A DNA stretch of 64,000 nt from a virus: positions 64,001 through 128,000 of the IMG/VR virus record IMGVR_UViG_3300022848_000777. One strand, written 5' to 3'. Positions 42,329 through 52,129 of this stretch are shown one piece after another (the first letter of the stretch is position 1; the number at the start of each line of letters is the position of its first letter). Position numbers and translations under genes: made by a program. Under the pieces are notes generated by a model that made no database searches, was not told where the DNA came from, and saw only the letters and a list, made by a program, of their open reading frames with translations.

Positions 42329-42841
42329 ATGAAAGCTAATAAAATAAAAAAAGACGTAAACTCATTTCGATTGAAAGCAATCAATGTGGCTTGTGCTACT
42401 TCGGGATATCAACCATCGTGTGTTGAATATGTATCACTCGATGAAGATGGTATTCGTGTGGTTTTCGACAACCCATTTGGTTTTGGTGATGATGACTACG
42501 ATACAGATACTATCGGTGTTTTATATGAAGATTTAGATAGAGATATCTTCGAACTTATTATAGAACGTATCAAAAATGAGGAAGAAACAAAAGAGCTTGC
42601 TAAAGAAGCAGAAGTGAGTACAAAGATGAATACTAAAGAGAATGAAATAATGCTTCTTAAAGAAGATTTAGAATGTGTTCATATGTACTTAGATGATATG
42701 GACACACCGAGGAAGGATGTTAATGGTAATGTGTATAGTATCGTTGGTAGAATTGAATGTAATAGGAGTGAGCAAATATCAAAAGATAATTTTATAAAGG
42801 CGGTACATACCCTAGGTTTATTTTCATATAAAACGAAATGA
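42329..42841 (+). CDS. hypothetical protein
   Basis: 170-aa ORF. Confidence 0.6.
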   Translation: MKANKIKKDVNSFRLKAINVACATSGYQPSCVEYVSLDEDGIRVVFDNPFGFGDDDYDTDTIGVLYEDLDRDIFELIIERIKNEEETKELAKEAEVSTKMNTKENEIMLLKEDLECVHMYLDDMDTPRKDVNGNVYSIVGRIECNRSEQISKDNFIKAVHTLGLFSYKTK

Positions 42842-42842
42842 T

Positions 42843-43103
42843 ATGACACCATTAGAAAAAGCAAAAGAGCTAATAGAGCACTATAAGCAGATACATGATA
42901 CTGATTATGAAATGGAAGCTTATGGAATGATCCCTTTAATGAAGAAACATGAACTTAGTGAATGTGCTAATATATGTGTGGATATGATAATAAAGACATT
43001 AAATGGGCCACAGTTCCAATATAAAGTGAAATCCGAGATAGATTATTGGAATGAGGTGAAGGTGGAGATATCAACTTTTGAAGACCGTTTTACATCATTG
43101 TGA
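42843..43103 (+). CDS. small phage protein (MTP.EKAKEL...YW.EVK.EI)
   Basis: 86-aa ORF in operon. Confidence 0.65.
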   Translation: MTPLEKAKELIEHYKQIHDTDYEMEAYGMIPLMKKHELSECANICVDMIIKTLNGPQFQYKVKSEIDYWNEVKVEISTFEDRFTSL

Positions 43104-43309
43104 AATTGCAGGGAATGATAAAAAGAATAAATTGTAAACACAATGACAATGGGGCTTGGTGTACTAACATCAATGTTAAACGATCATTATTTGGTATTGG
43201 AGCAAGATGTTGTTCAGAGTATAATGATAAAGAATGTAATCTAAAGGAGTTAAGAGCAAAGAAAGGAAACCCACCACCAAGACCGACATCAATTAAAATA
43301 GATAAATAA
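43100..43309 (+). CDS. Cys-rich hypothetical protein
   Basis: 69-aa ORF with GTG start. Confidence 0.5.
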   Translation: MKLQGMIKRINCKHNDNGAWCTNINVKRSLFGIGARCCSEYNDKECNLKELRAKKGNPPPRPTSIKIDK

Positions 43310-43341
43310 AAGAATAAAAACTAACATAAAAACAAAGACAA

Positions 43342-43572
43342 ATGGGAAAAGTTATTTTTATAGGTGAAGGGCCTACAGGTGAAAAGCCAGTTGAGTTTAC
43401 GCATCGTTCAAATGGAACGACGGGTTGGGTTAAATTGAGTACCACACCAATAATTCGTGGGCAAGTAATATACCTTGGCGCGTGTGATTATGATGGTGAT
43501 ATGTTTGCGGTGAAATGGGATTCAGGGTCTATTGACATTTATAAAGGACACCTCAATTCAGGAAATTTCTAA
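43342..43572 (+). CDS. hypothetical protein
   Basis: 76-aa ORF. Confidence 0.6.
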   Translation: MGKVIFIGEGPTGEKPVEFTHRSNGTTGWVKLSTTPIIRGQVIYLGACDYDGDMFAVKWDSGSIDIYKGHLNSGNF

Positions 43573-43584
43573 GCAAAAGATAAA

Positions 43585-43992
43585 ATGAAAGATACACTTA
43601 TAGAATTTGAAACCGCAAGGTTAGCTAAAGAAAAAGGGTTTAAAAATAAAAGTAATTATTACAATGGTGCTGGAGAGTTAATAATTCCTAATCATAACCA
43701 TTCTAATAATATGATGCAAAGATTTAGATTTGAAGCACCAACTCAATCATTATTACAGAAATGGTTAAGAAAAAAATATGATATTTATGTTGAAGTAGCT
43801 CTAGATTATGGATACTATAACGATGCCGATGTAAAAGAAACCTATGGCATTCATGGATTTGTGTTTGAAATAGTAAATAAAGGCAAGGAAAAAACCGAGG
43901 ATTCTCAGCTTTATAAAACATACGAAGAAGCATTAGAGAAAGGATTAATGGAAGCATTAAAAATAATAGATATTCAAACAAATAACAACTAA
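43585..43992 (+). CDS. hypothetical protein, paralog of 25665-26117
   Basis: FETARLAKEKGF, APTQSLLQKWLR and YEEALEKGL motifs. Confidence 0.7.
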   Translation: MKDTLIEFETARLAKEKGFKNKSNYYNGAGELIIPNHNHSNNMMQRFRFEAPTQSLLQKWLRKKYDIYVEVALDYGYYNDADVKETYGIHGFVFEIVNKGKEKTEDSQLYKTYEEALEKGLMEALKIIDIQTNNN

Positions 43993-44003
43993 CAACTAAC
44001 AGT

Positions 44004-44216
44004 ATGGACAAGTTCAATCAGTTAACAGATGAATGTATATCAAGATCCCTTAATTGTTCAATAACTTATCAAAGGATAAACGACTTCTCAGTTGAAATAT
44101 ACAAGGGTTATGGATCTAACTATGGAATAGTATTTTACACCGATGGTCATATTAATCCAAAAAAGGCTATTAAAAAAGCATTACAATTTCTTTCGAAGCG
44201 AACAGGAGTAGAGTAG
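44004..44216 (+). CDS. hypothetical protein
   Basis: 70-aa ORF. Confidence 0.55.
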   Translation: MDKFNQLTDECISRSLNCSITYQRINDFSVEIYKGYGSNYGIVFYTDGHINPKKAIKKALQFLSKRTGVE

Positions 44217-44810
44217 AGAGTGCATCGGAATTAGCAGATGGGGACATAGTTGTAGCATAAATCAACGATATCTATCAGAATACATACATATACCACTCAT
44301 AAAGAGATATTACGAAAACGAGTCATATATGTGTGTTTACGTTATTCATAATTTTAGGGGATTGTTATTATCAGACTAATAATATATCAGTACATTCATT
44401 GCGGATATGACAATCTCCATTAAAAAACAACAAAGGGTATGGTAAGGGTGGGAACACTAAACCATTCAGGAATAGGGTAGCATACTACACATTCTTTTCG
44501 ATTTGGCAAAAAAAATCCAATAGAAAAACTCTATTAGCTGATAGACACCCTCTATCACGTCAATTTACATAGATATTATCTATCACATAGACAGCCTCTA
44601 TGGATATTCCCGTGCCGCAAATCCTGTATTGATAGTATGTAACTGCTGATTATCAGTGAGTTAGACTACTTTGATGGCTTATAGGGATAGAATCAAAATC
44701 GCAATTAGGGCCATCCAGTGGGGTTTCGGTGCATAATTCACTATTTTGGGGTGATTCATATAGATAAATAGTATGAGAATCTGAGCCATCAAAAGAAAAT
44801 GGCTTAATAA

Positions 44811-45610
44811 TTTGGCTATTTCAATTATTATTCGTACCTTTGTAGGGAATTTGGTGTTAATTTTCGAAAATCGGTAGGAATCCAATAATGACTAAAGATT
44901 AATTTGGCCATTTCAACTATTATTCGTATCTTTAGAGGGGGGCTTGATGCTAAATTTATTATAAAACAACCAATACAGGCGATCTATTGGGGTGGAGACT
45001 ACTTTGATGGCTTATAGAGACGAGGAAATTGTTTAGAAATCCAAAATGGCTATATATCACCCTCTGACTATGCTGCGACATCAATAAAATCTATTAGAAA
45101 TCCAATAGAGTGGTGTGATTATCAGTATATTACAGTAATCAGAATGGCATAAGAATCCAATAGTATCTCAGTGCGCCGTAGGAATCCAATAATGACTAAT
45201 TATTGATTTGGATATCTCAATTATTTTTCGTAACTTAGGATGGGATGGTCATGCGACTGAATTATTAATATGGCATGGGAATCCAATAATGACTAAAGAT
45301 TAATTTGGCCATTTCAATTATTTTTCGTAACTTAGGATGGGATGGTCATGCGACTTAATTTGTGATCTGCCGTAGGAATCCAATAATGGCTAAAGATTGA
45401 TAGGAATCCAATAGTGGTTATCTATTAATAGGAATCCAATAATGGCTAAAAATTGATTTGGCCATCTCGATTATTTTTCGTAACTTTGGATGGGACGGTC
45501 ACCTCACGTGTCCAGTTGGGAATCCAATAATGGCTAAAAATTGATTTGGTTAATTCAATTATTTTTCGTAACTTTGGATGGGACGGTCACTACCCGTATC
45601 CCGACCGATC
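44811..45610 (+). repeat. tandem array of six promoter-like units with GGAATCCAATA repeats
   Basis: TTTGG at 44811, 44903, 45207, 45304, 45457 and 45545, each with a -7-like box 24 nt downstream; ten exact AATCCAATA copies in 44514-45529. Confidence 0.9.
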
Positions 45611-45792
45611 GATACATAACAAATTATAATATTATATAACATGAATATATCGATATCATCTATTCGCATTATAAATTAGGTAATTATTGATATTATCCGT
45701 ATATTGCAATGTAAGATTGAGAAATCGTTAAGAGAGAAAGTTAAGAGAGTGTTATTAAGTTTATAAACCACACTAACTAAATTGATTAAACT

Positions 45793-45969
45793 ATGAGAGT
45801 AACAATATCAATCGGAGATCGAATTTATGAGCAAGGAACTCATCGATCAGCACTCATATATGAAGTGATTAGTCCAACTCATAGTGTGCCAGTCTTTGAT
45901 CCTACAGTGGAGCAACGAAGATTATTAAGAATTGAAGTATTGAATTTAGAAACTAATCCAAAACGATAA
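45793..45969 (+). CDS. hypothetical protein (not in the ORF track)
   Basis: 58-aa ORF after the promoter at 45676-45706; TAATG-coupled to the next ORF. Confidence 0.5.
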   Translation: MRVTISIGDRIYEQGTHRSALIYEVISPTHSVPVFDPTVEQRRLLRIEVLNLETNPKR

Positions 45970-46151
45970 TGAACACTCCAAAACTTTCATTAAACCAACT
46001 CAAGTCTAATTACCTTTTGTTACGAGGTCAATACCTTTCCACTGCACCAATGAATGAAATCGAAATTGACACTCTATGGTCAACATGGGCAGAACTTCAA
46101 AAGTTAGGTTGGAATTGGGCTAAGATCGAAGATAGCCAACTAAGAGATTAA
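45969..46151 (+). CDS. hypothetical protein
   Basis: 60-aa ORF. Confidence 0.55.
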   Translation: MNTPKLSLNQLKSNYLLLRGQYLSTAPMNEIEIDTLWSTWAELQKLGWNWAKIEDSQLRD

Positions 46152-46240
46152 TTAACAATTTGGTAACATACTAAATTAGGATATCATATCATCTATTATT
46201 ACCTTAGTGGTGTTGGGTTGAGAGAGTAATCCTTCCCAAT
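46152..46240 (+). promoter_or_regulatory. promoter-hairpin module
   Basis: TTAACA-N5-GTAACA, TTAGG, TACCTTAG and a TTGGG...CCCAA stem. Confidence 0.85.
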
Positions 46241-46257
46241 TAAAAATCATCAGAATT

Positions 46258-46578
46258 ATGGAAAAGCTAATGAGATCATCAAATGGAGATTACAACTATC
46301 ACTTTCGATGGTGTAACGAAGAAGGTTTCTACGTTGGATTTAATGATGTATGGGCACCTAATAAAAAAGTGGCTGTGAAATTAGCGAGGGCTATGGAAAC
46401 CAAAGCACATTGGGCAGCATGGGATGGGATGAAATACATTACAGTTCCAAATGAAATTGTGAATGGTGAGCATTGCTTCCGTATGAAAGGGATGTATGTA
46501 GTGACTAGCTCGATGAAGCGAGCAACACACAAACATTCAAAATTGATGACTCGAATAGGTAATATGTTAACTTATTAA
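46258..46578 (+). CDS. hypothetical protein
   Basis: 106-aa ORF. Confidence 0.65.
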   Translation: MEKLMRSSNGDYNYHFRWCNEEGFYVGFNDVWAPNKKVAVKLARAMETKAHWAAWDGMKYITVPNEIVNGEHCFRMKGMYVVTSSMKRATHKHSKLMTRIGNMLTY

Positions 46579-46585
46579 AACAACT

Positions 46586-46774
46586 ATGATAAGATATATA
46601 GTAAAGGACGTTGAAAAAAACAAGTATTACGCTGGGGATAGTTACGGCTGTGGTTGGTGTGATAGGCAGAGAATGGCTGACACATTTGAAACTAAAGAAC
46701 TTGCAATGATTTTTTTAGATGGAGAGCCTTACTCATGGTATGCAATTGAAGAAATTTACATAGTATGTCGTTAG
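46586..46774 (+). CDS. hypothetical protein
   Basis: 62-aa ORF. Confidence 0.55.
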   Translation: MIRYIVKDVEKNKYYAGDSYGCGWCDRQRMADTFETKELAMIFLDGEPYSWYAIEEIYIVCR

Positions 46775-46782
46775 TATTAAAC

Positions 46783-46870
46783 TTAACAATTTGGTAACAT
46801 ACTAAATTAGGATATGATAACAGCTACCCGTACCTTAGTGGTGTTGGGTTGGGGAAGTAACCCCCTCATT
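46783..46870 (+). promoter_or_regulatory. promoter-hairpin module
   Basis: TTAACA-N5-GTAACA, TTAGG, TACCTTAG and GGGG-AAGTAA-CCCC. Confidence 0.85.
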
Positions 46871-46885
46871 TAAAAACTATCAGAT

Positions 46886-47125
46886 ATGAATTTTAAACCA
46901 CTATATCAATTTTGCGACAAGTACGATATTCCACTATCCGAAGCGACTTCTATTACCAACTTGACACTTATCGTAAATAACCGAGTGATGTCAAATCTAA
47001 GTGATATGCACGGTCTTATACCAACACACAGTAAGCTAAATGCAATGAAGGATTTTATTTCAGCATTTAACACAGCAATCAAAGTAGCAACGTGTACCAA
47101 CATATACCAACGTTCACATAATTAA
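46886..47125 (+). CDS. hypothetical protein
   Basis: 79-aa ORF. Confidence 0.6.
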   Translation: MNFKPLYQFCDKYDIPLSEATSITNLTLIVNNRVMSNLSDMHGLIPTHSKLNAMKDFISAFNTAIKVATCTNIYQRSHN

Positions 47126-47137
47126 AAATTCAAAAAT

Positions 47138-47410
47138 ATGACATTTAAAGACTTTTTAAAAAAGCATGATTTTACTCCAATGGATTTAGTAAATCCTGAG
47201 TTGATGGATATCATAGTAAACAGTTACGGTGCTGAGTGTAAAAATGAAGGCATGGTGGCGATATTAGATATTGTAGAGGAAAAGCAAACAGAAGTAGAGG
47301 CGGTATTAGATATTGTAGAGGGAAAGCAAAACGACCTAAAGGAAATCGAGGATACTGAGATATTCGATGATGATGCGGATTCAGCAATGTATAATCACTA
47401 CGTCAGTTAA
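47138..47410 (+). CDS. acidic hypothetical protein with an internal LDIVE.KQ duplication
   Basis: 90-aa ORF. Confidence 0.6.
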   Translation: MTFKDFLKKHDFTPMDLVNPELMDIIVNSYGAECKNEGMVAILDIVEEKQTEVEAVLDIVEGKQNDLKEIEDTEIFDDDADSAMYNHYVS

Positions 47411-47495
47411 CAATTTGGTAACATACTAAATTAGGATATATCGAATATATTCATTATCTTTATTTTGTTGGGTTGAGAGAGTAATCCTTCCCATT
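47407..47495 (+). promoter_or_regulatory. promoter-hairpin module
   Basis: TTAACA-N5-GTAACA, TTAGG, TATCTTTA and a hairpin. Confidence 0.85.
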
Positions 47496-47509
47496 TAAAA
47501 ACCCCCATT

Positions 47510-47680
47510 ATGAAAGAAGTTATCAATAACATTGAAGTTGAGTTAAGTGGTTCGATAGTTTACATCAACAATCTCAATGGTGATTTGCTCAGAGCAATCG
47601 ATGTTAATCCCAATTCAGCGGTCACTGATTATAAGAACTTGGTAATTCGATTAAAGAAAGCTAACAAGCATTACATTTAA
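47510..47680 (+). CDS. hypothetical protein (not in the ORF track)
   Basis: 56-aa ORF between two promoter modules. Confidence 0.55.
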   Translation: MKEVINNIEVELSGSIVYINNLNGDLLRAIDVNPNSAVTDYKNLVIRLKKANKHYI

Positions 47681-47732
47681 CAATCTATTAACATTGGAAA
47701 TTAGGATATGATAGTAATTATGCGTATCTTAG
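47677..47732 (+). promoter_or_regulatory. TTAACA-N5-TTAACA promoter module
   Basis: Tandem hexamer, TTAGG and CGTATCTTAG. Confidence 0.8.
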
Positions 47733-47917
47733 TGGTGTTGAGTGAGTGACTAACCCTTTAAAGATATTAATTATGATAGACTATAATTTACTAAATGATG
47801 AAGATGATGATTTAACAATCAGTAAGTTTGAAGCGGCCACCGCAATTGGATTGGTGGTATTTTTTGTAGTAACGACAATATTAAATAACATAACATAACC
47901 CAATTAAAAATTTAATT

Positions 47918-49243
47918 ATGAAATCACAAAGATTTGTTTATTTAAAAGCAGTACGTGAAAATGATATCATCTATTTGGTAGATGAGGTCGGTCACCAATA
48001 CAACGTTCCTATTATCAATGAATTTGGTAGTAAGGAATATAAACGTGCAGTAGCAGCTGTTAATTCTCCTGATCGGTTCTGTATTAAGGCCCGATGTAAA
48101 GGTACACTATCCAGCGGCGAATTGACATTTGGTAAATTTCCAGCAGCCAAGTATACTGAGTGTAATGTAGTTTCCAATTTTGATTTACCAGCAGGTGGAC
48201 TTGATCAATATTTGGTTGGTGAAAAGGTAGTTGAAACCGATGAAGTGGAAACACCAACAGAACCAATAGTAACTACAGCAGTAGGTGTTGGTGAAGATGT
48301 ATTAGGATTCATTCATAATGAAGCTAGCAAATTGAAACCCGAAATGCTTTTCATCGATGAACTGAAATGGAAATACCTGATAAGAAATATTATCAGAGGT
48401 AAGAACATTATGATGACTGGCCCCGCAGGTAGTGGTAAGACAATGGCAGCAAAGGCAGCGGCATCAGCAATCGAGGGGTATAACACTGAAATCTTTAACT
48501 TAGGTTCGACACAAGACCCACGAGCGACTCTAATTGGTAATACCCAATTTGAAGCTAAGACAGGAACCGTCTTTAACCAATCACCATTTGTTAAAGCAAT
48601 TCAACGACCTAATACAGTAATCGTATTGGATGAGTTGAGTAGAGCACATCCAGAAGCTCACAATATTCTGATGACAGTATTGGATCAAGAACAAAGATAC
48701 CTTCGATTGGATGAGGCACCTGATGCACCAATCATCAATGTAGCAGATGGTGTATCATTCATCGCATCAGCAAACATTGGTAATGAGTATACTGCCACTC
48801 GACAAATCGATGCAGCACTACGAGATCGTTTCACAGTAATCGAAATGGAAACGTTGACCGCAGCAGAGGAAACGGCACTACTCAAAATGATCTACCCTGA
48901 TGTTAGAGTTAAGACATTAGAATCGATTGGTGAGATAACCAGTATGACTAGAGCAGAGGTTAAAAAAGAATCAGCTAAGTTATCATCAGGTCTATCAACT
49001 AGAACAGCAGTAGAGATAGGTAGTCTAATCTCAGATGGGTTTACTTTAGAAGAAGCAGCAACCATCACAATATATCCAGAGTACGAAGATGTAGGTGGGG
49101 CAGAGATGAGTGAGCGAGTATACATTAAGCAATATGTTCAAAAGTTTATTGAGGCAGATGAAGAAGATCTATTCGCAATAGGTGAGGGGTATGCAGTTAA
49201 ATCACCATCAGTAGATGCGGGTAATCTTAATAATCCTTTTTAA
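47918..49243 (+). CDS. MoxR/CobS-like AAA+ ATPase
   Basis: GPAGSGKT, VLDELSRA, SAN and DAALRDRF motifs. Confidence 0.9.
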   Translation: MKSQRFVYLKAVRENDIIYLVDEVGHQYNVPIINEFGSKEYKRAVAAVNSPDRFCIKARCKGTLSSGELTFGKFPAAKYTECNVVSNFDLPAGGLDQYLVGEKVVETDEVETPTEPIVTTAVGVGEDVLGFIHNEASKLKPEMLFIDELKWKYLIRNIIRGKNIMMTGPAGSGKTMAAKAAASAIEGYNTEIFNLGSTQDPRATLIGNTQFEAKTGTVFNQSPFVKAIQRPNTVIVLDELSRAHPEAHNILMTVLDQEQRYLRLDEAPDAPIINVADGVSFIASANIGNEYTATRQIDAALRDRFTVIEMETLTAAEETALLKMIYPDVRVKTLESIGEITSMTRAEVKKESAKLSSGLSTRTAVEIGSLISDGFTLEEAATITIYPEYEDVGGAEMSERVYIKQYVQKFIEADEEDLFAIGEGYAVKSPSVDAGNLNNPF

Positions 49244-49284
49244 TTATTATAATATTACAATTGGGTTGTGATAAATAACGTAGG

Positions 49285-49320
49285 TGCCACTCCCCCCAGT
49301 AAGTAAGGGGGGGGGCGGCA
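49285..49320. other. GC-rich inverted repeat with C6/G9 runs
   Basis: TGCC-ACT-CCCCCC-AGTAAGTAA-GGGGGGGGG-C-GGCA. Confidence 0.7.
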
Positions 49321-49502
49321 TTAACGTGTAACCAAAGAAAAAAAGACGCGAACCAAATCGGGCATTATCGACCCCCGTTGTGAGGCTACTTTTTCTCCCT
49401 AGGTAAAACCCTTCTGTAAAGCTTGTGTATCACACAAGCAGTATTTAATTAACAAGCAGAAGCCTTAAAAATAGCCTAAACTAGCTTTTGTTTTTATATT
49501 TT

Positions 49503-49683
49503 GTTAGGCACAGTTTATTATGGACTACGAAGAAAGAGCAGAACACGAAATTGAACTGATAGAACAAGACGAAACATTAAGTGAAAAGAAAAAGTCTCAA
49601 GCAATAGAAGATGTTATACAAGAACTCCGAGAAGAACTCGAAGACCATAAAAACGGTAGGTAATAATTTTTATTGTGCCTAAC
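49503..49683 (+). mobile_element. cassette C1 carrying a 47-aa acidic ORF (49520-49663)
   Basis: GTTAGGCACAGT ... ATTGTGCCTAAC. Confidence 0.8.
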
Positions 49684-49697
49684 ATAAAATAACAGAT

Positions 49698-49982
49698 ATG
49701 AAAAATAGTAATTTAGCATTATACGGAATACAGTCAAATATGGTAGGAGCAGAAACCTACGCACAAGCTGGCGACTTTGAGTTGTCTACGAAAATACATA
49801 TCGTTGATGTCTTATTAGCCAACGGAAGTCATTTACATATAGAATGTAATACTGAGGCACAAGCTAGAAGTATCTTGTCGACTTTATACTACTACTCTGT
49901 TAACGGTAATGATAACAACGTTGTAGAATTTGACTTTGACTTTACATTAAACTACTTGCCGATTGAACTTGCACTCAAATAA
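49698..49982 (+). CDS. hypothetical protein
   Basis: 94-aa ORF. Confidence 0.6.
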   Translation: MKNSNLALYGIQSNMVGAETYAQAGDFELSTKIHIVDVLLANGSHLHIECNTEAQARSILSTLYYYSVNGNDNNVVEFDFDFTLNYLPIELALK

Positions 49983-50363
49983 ACAAATAAACACAATAAA
50001 TTTTTAAGATATGGAAGAATTGCTATTAAAGAATCAATTAGTTATAATGGAAGCTATGGTTAAGAATAGATTCAATCAAGACAAAGATGGATTGATAAAA
50101 CAGATTAAAATAATAAAAGAATTCTTAATTAATATTGAACAAATTTGAATTATGGGTAAAATGACAAAAATGACAAAAATTGATGCGGCAATAAGAGATA
50201 CCACATTATATTTTAGGAGAGCAGAAGAGAGTATAATGTTGCTAATGAGAGAGAAGAAAGTTTTACAAGAAAGGCTTAGTGCTCTTGAAGAGATAAAAGA
50301 TAGCGACCAATATGAATAATTTTTTTGTAACTTTAACGGATTGAATAATAACAAAACTTAATT

Positions 50364-50771
50364 ATGAAATTACACGAAATTATTGAAGTACACGACAAAC
50401 CTTATTTTAGAAAAATGAGAGTAGAGAGTGGATTTATGTACAATTTTTGGGATGTAGAAAAGGATGACTACCAACAAGAATGGACTTTTGTGCCATACTC
50501 AAGCGAACTGGTTAAAAATTTCGAACACCGCATAGATACAACGGTAGGACTTTGGGCAACCGATGGGCCTGATTTAATCACAACTAAAAATACGAGAGAA
50601 GAATCAATAAAATGGTGGGATAGTTTAGGTTCAAACCCATTACTAGGGTTAATTGAAAAAGGTGAATTAACTACTAAGTATTTTGGCCCTGATAGAATCC
50701 CTGAATTATTAACTGGAAGAGAAATTGAAAAAATGTACGTATCTGAAAATGAAGATGACGTATATGTGTAG
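50364..50771 (+). CDS. hypothetical protein
   Basis: 135-aa ORF. Confidence 0.6.
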   Translation: MKLHEIIEVHDKPYFRKMRVESGFMYNFWDVEKDDYQQEWTFVPYSSELVKNFEHRIDTTVGLWATDGPDLITTKNTREESIKWWDSLGSNPLLGLIEKGELTTKYFGPDRIPELLTGREIEKMYVSENEDDVYV

Positions 50772-50799
50772 TTTTTACCCGACTAAATAAAACCGAATT

Positions 50800-51108
50800 A
50801 TGGAAGAATTATTAAAAAAAATAGGGCAGTTGCAGTATGAAATCAGTATATTAGATATTGATGAAGAGACATTAACAGGTGTTGATATTAGAACAGAAGA
50901 ATTAAAAGAGATGATAATCCAAGGGCAAGCATTACCTATAGATAGTGTTAACGTTTCGTTTGAATACGAAATGTTTATAAATGATAAAGGAACACCATTT
51001 GAAATGAACACTTGGATACCAATATCCAACGATAGAATTAAGGATGTTAGCAGGATAGATGAATACATTGAAAACGGTTTATTAAGAAAAATAGTTAATA
51101 AACGCTAA
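50800..51108 (+). CDS. fusion ORF reading into cassette C2 (50947-51109)
   Basis: GTTAACGTTT at 50947 pairs with AAACGCTAAC at 51100; stop lies inside TAAC. Confidence 0.65.
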   Translation: MEELLKKIGQLQYEISILDIDEETLTGVDIRTEELKEMIIQGQALPIDSVNVSFEYEMFINDKGTPFEMNTWIPISNDRIKDVSRIDEYIENGLLRKIVNKR

Positions 51109-51294
51109 CGATTGGGCTATGAATTTTAAAAAATACGGTTATGGAAACTAAATATTATATAGCGATTGGACTTTTATTAATATCGATGGTGCTAACTTTT
51201 TTTGTACCGCTTTGGTTTGAATTAAGAGAGCACAAAAAGTGGATGAAAAGGAACGATTTTTAATTTTTACCCGACTAAATAAATAACTAAACAA

Positions 51295-51567
51295 ATGGTA
51301 GCAATAGAGTATTTTGATAGATATAGTAGCACAGCAAATGAGCCCGATATAATGGGTAGATGGGCAAGAACGGCCATCTATAAAAACATCAGAATAGCTT
51401 GGATAAGTAGAATAGAAAATAAAGATGAAATTATTTTTAGTGTTTCTTGCCATTTCCCAACAATGCAGAACGATACAGCAAACGAACATAAACTATGTTT
51501 TAGTTTGGATGAAGCAAAAGAGTTTGTACAAGATCGCTGGGAATGGTTCTTAAATGAGGTTTCTTAA
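51295..51567 (+). CDS. hypothetical protein
   Basis: 90-aa ORF ending at a left half-site (TAAAC GTTAAGGCTATG). Confidence 0.65.
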   Translation: MVAIEYFDRYSSTANEPDIMGRWARTAIYKNIRIAWISRIENKDEIIFSVSCHFPTMQNDTANEHKLCFSLDEAKEFVQDRWEWFLNEVS

Positions 51568-51642
51568 ACGTTAAGGCTATGTGTAGTGCCAAAATTTTAA
51601 AATAAAATTAGGTAGTTCAACATATTATTCGTATATTTACAA

Positions 51643-51980
51643 GATGTATAGAAGTCGGCAGCGAATCGACTAATACATTACAGACATTCTTGTACGTCCA
51701 ATAGCCTTTGTGCTGTATCGCTCGGAATGTTTAATTGAAAGCCGCTAGAGAGGGTTCTTAGAAAGCGGCACGGGTTTGCGAAAGGAACGCCCACTAAGAA
51801 GGTTTATTACACAACCTATAGAGTTCTGAGCATCGGATTGTAATTAAACGAAGCACCTAATAACGAAGGCTCAATGAAGGTTAAGCATATCGTTTAAAGG
51901 TATCGCCCTACGTAGTTTCGCAACGAACTTCTTAGGGATTGCTATACCTTTAACTCAGGTCTAAATCAGGTATAGCATAG
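51643..51980 (+). ncRNA. candidate structured non-coding RNA
   Basis: Promoter (TTAGG 51608, TATATTTA 51632), no ORF of 60 aa or more, raised GC and at least seven helices. Confidence 0.6.
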
Positions 51981-52129
51981 TATTTAAAGTGTACACTAAC
52001 TAGTTTTTCTTTAGATTGGGTGGTAATTGTAAAAAATTACAACAATAAACTTGTGTAGTATAATTTAATTGATTACATTGGTCAAAGATAAGGGGGAAAC
52101 TTAACCCAATAGTGAATTAAATTAAATAA

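Noticed and set aside
45179-45610. Repeat-spacer pattern as a CRISPR array
   Set aside because: Repeats are about 70 bp, imperfect and promoter-shaped, spacers are short and uneven, and no cas genes are present
51643-51980. tmRNA, RNase P RNA, tRNA or omega/HEARO RNA identity for the structured region
   Set aside because: No T-arm/CCA end, no GAGGAAAGTCC-type P4 motif and no adjacent IscB/HNH gene; left unassigned pending an Rfam search
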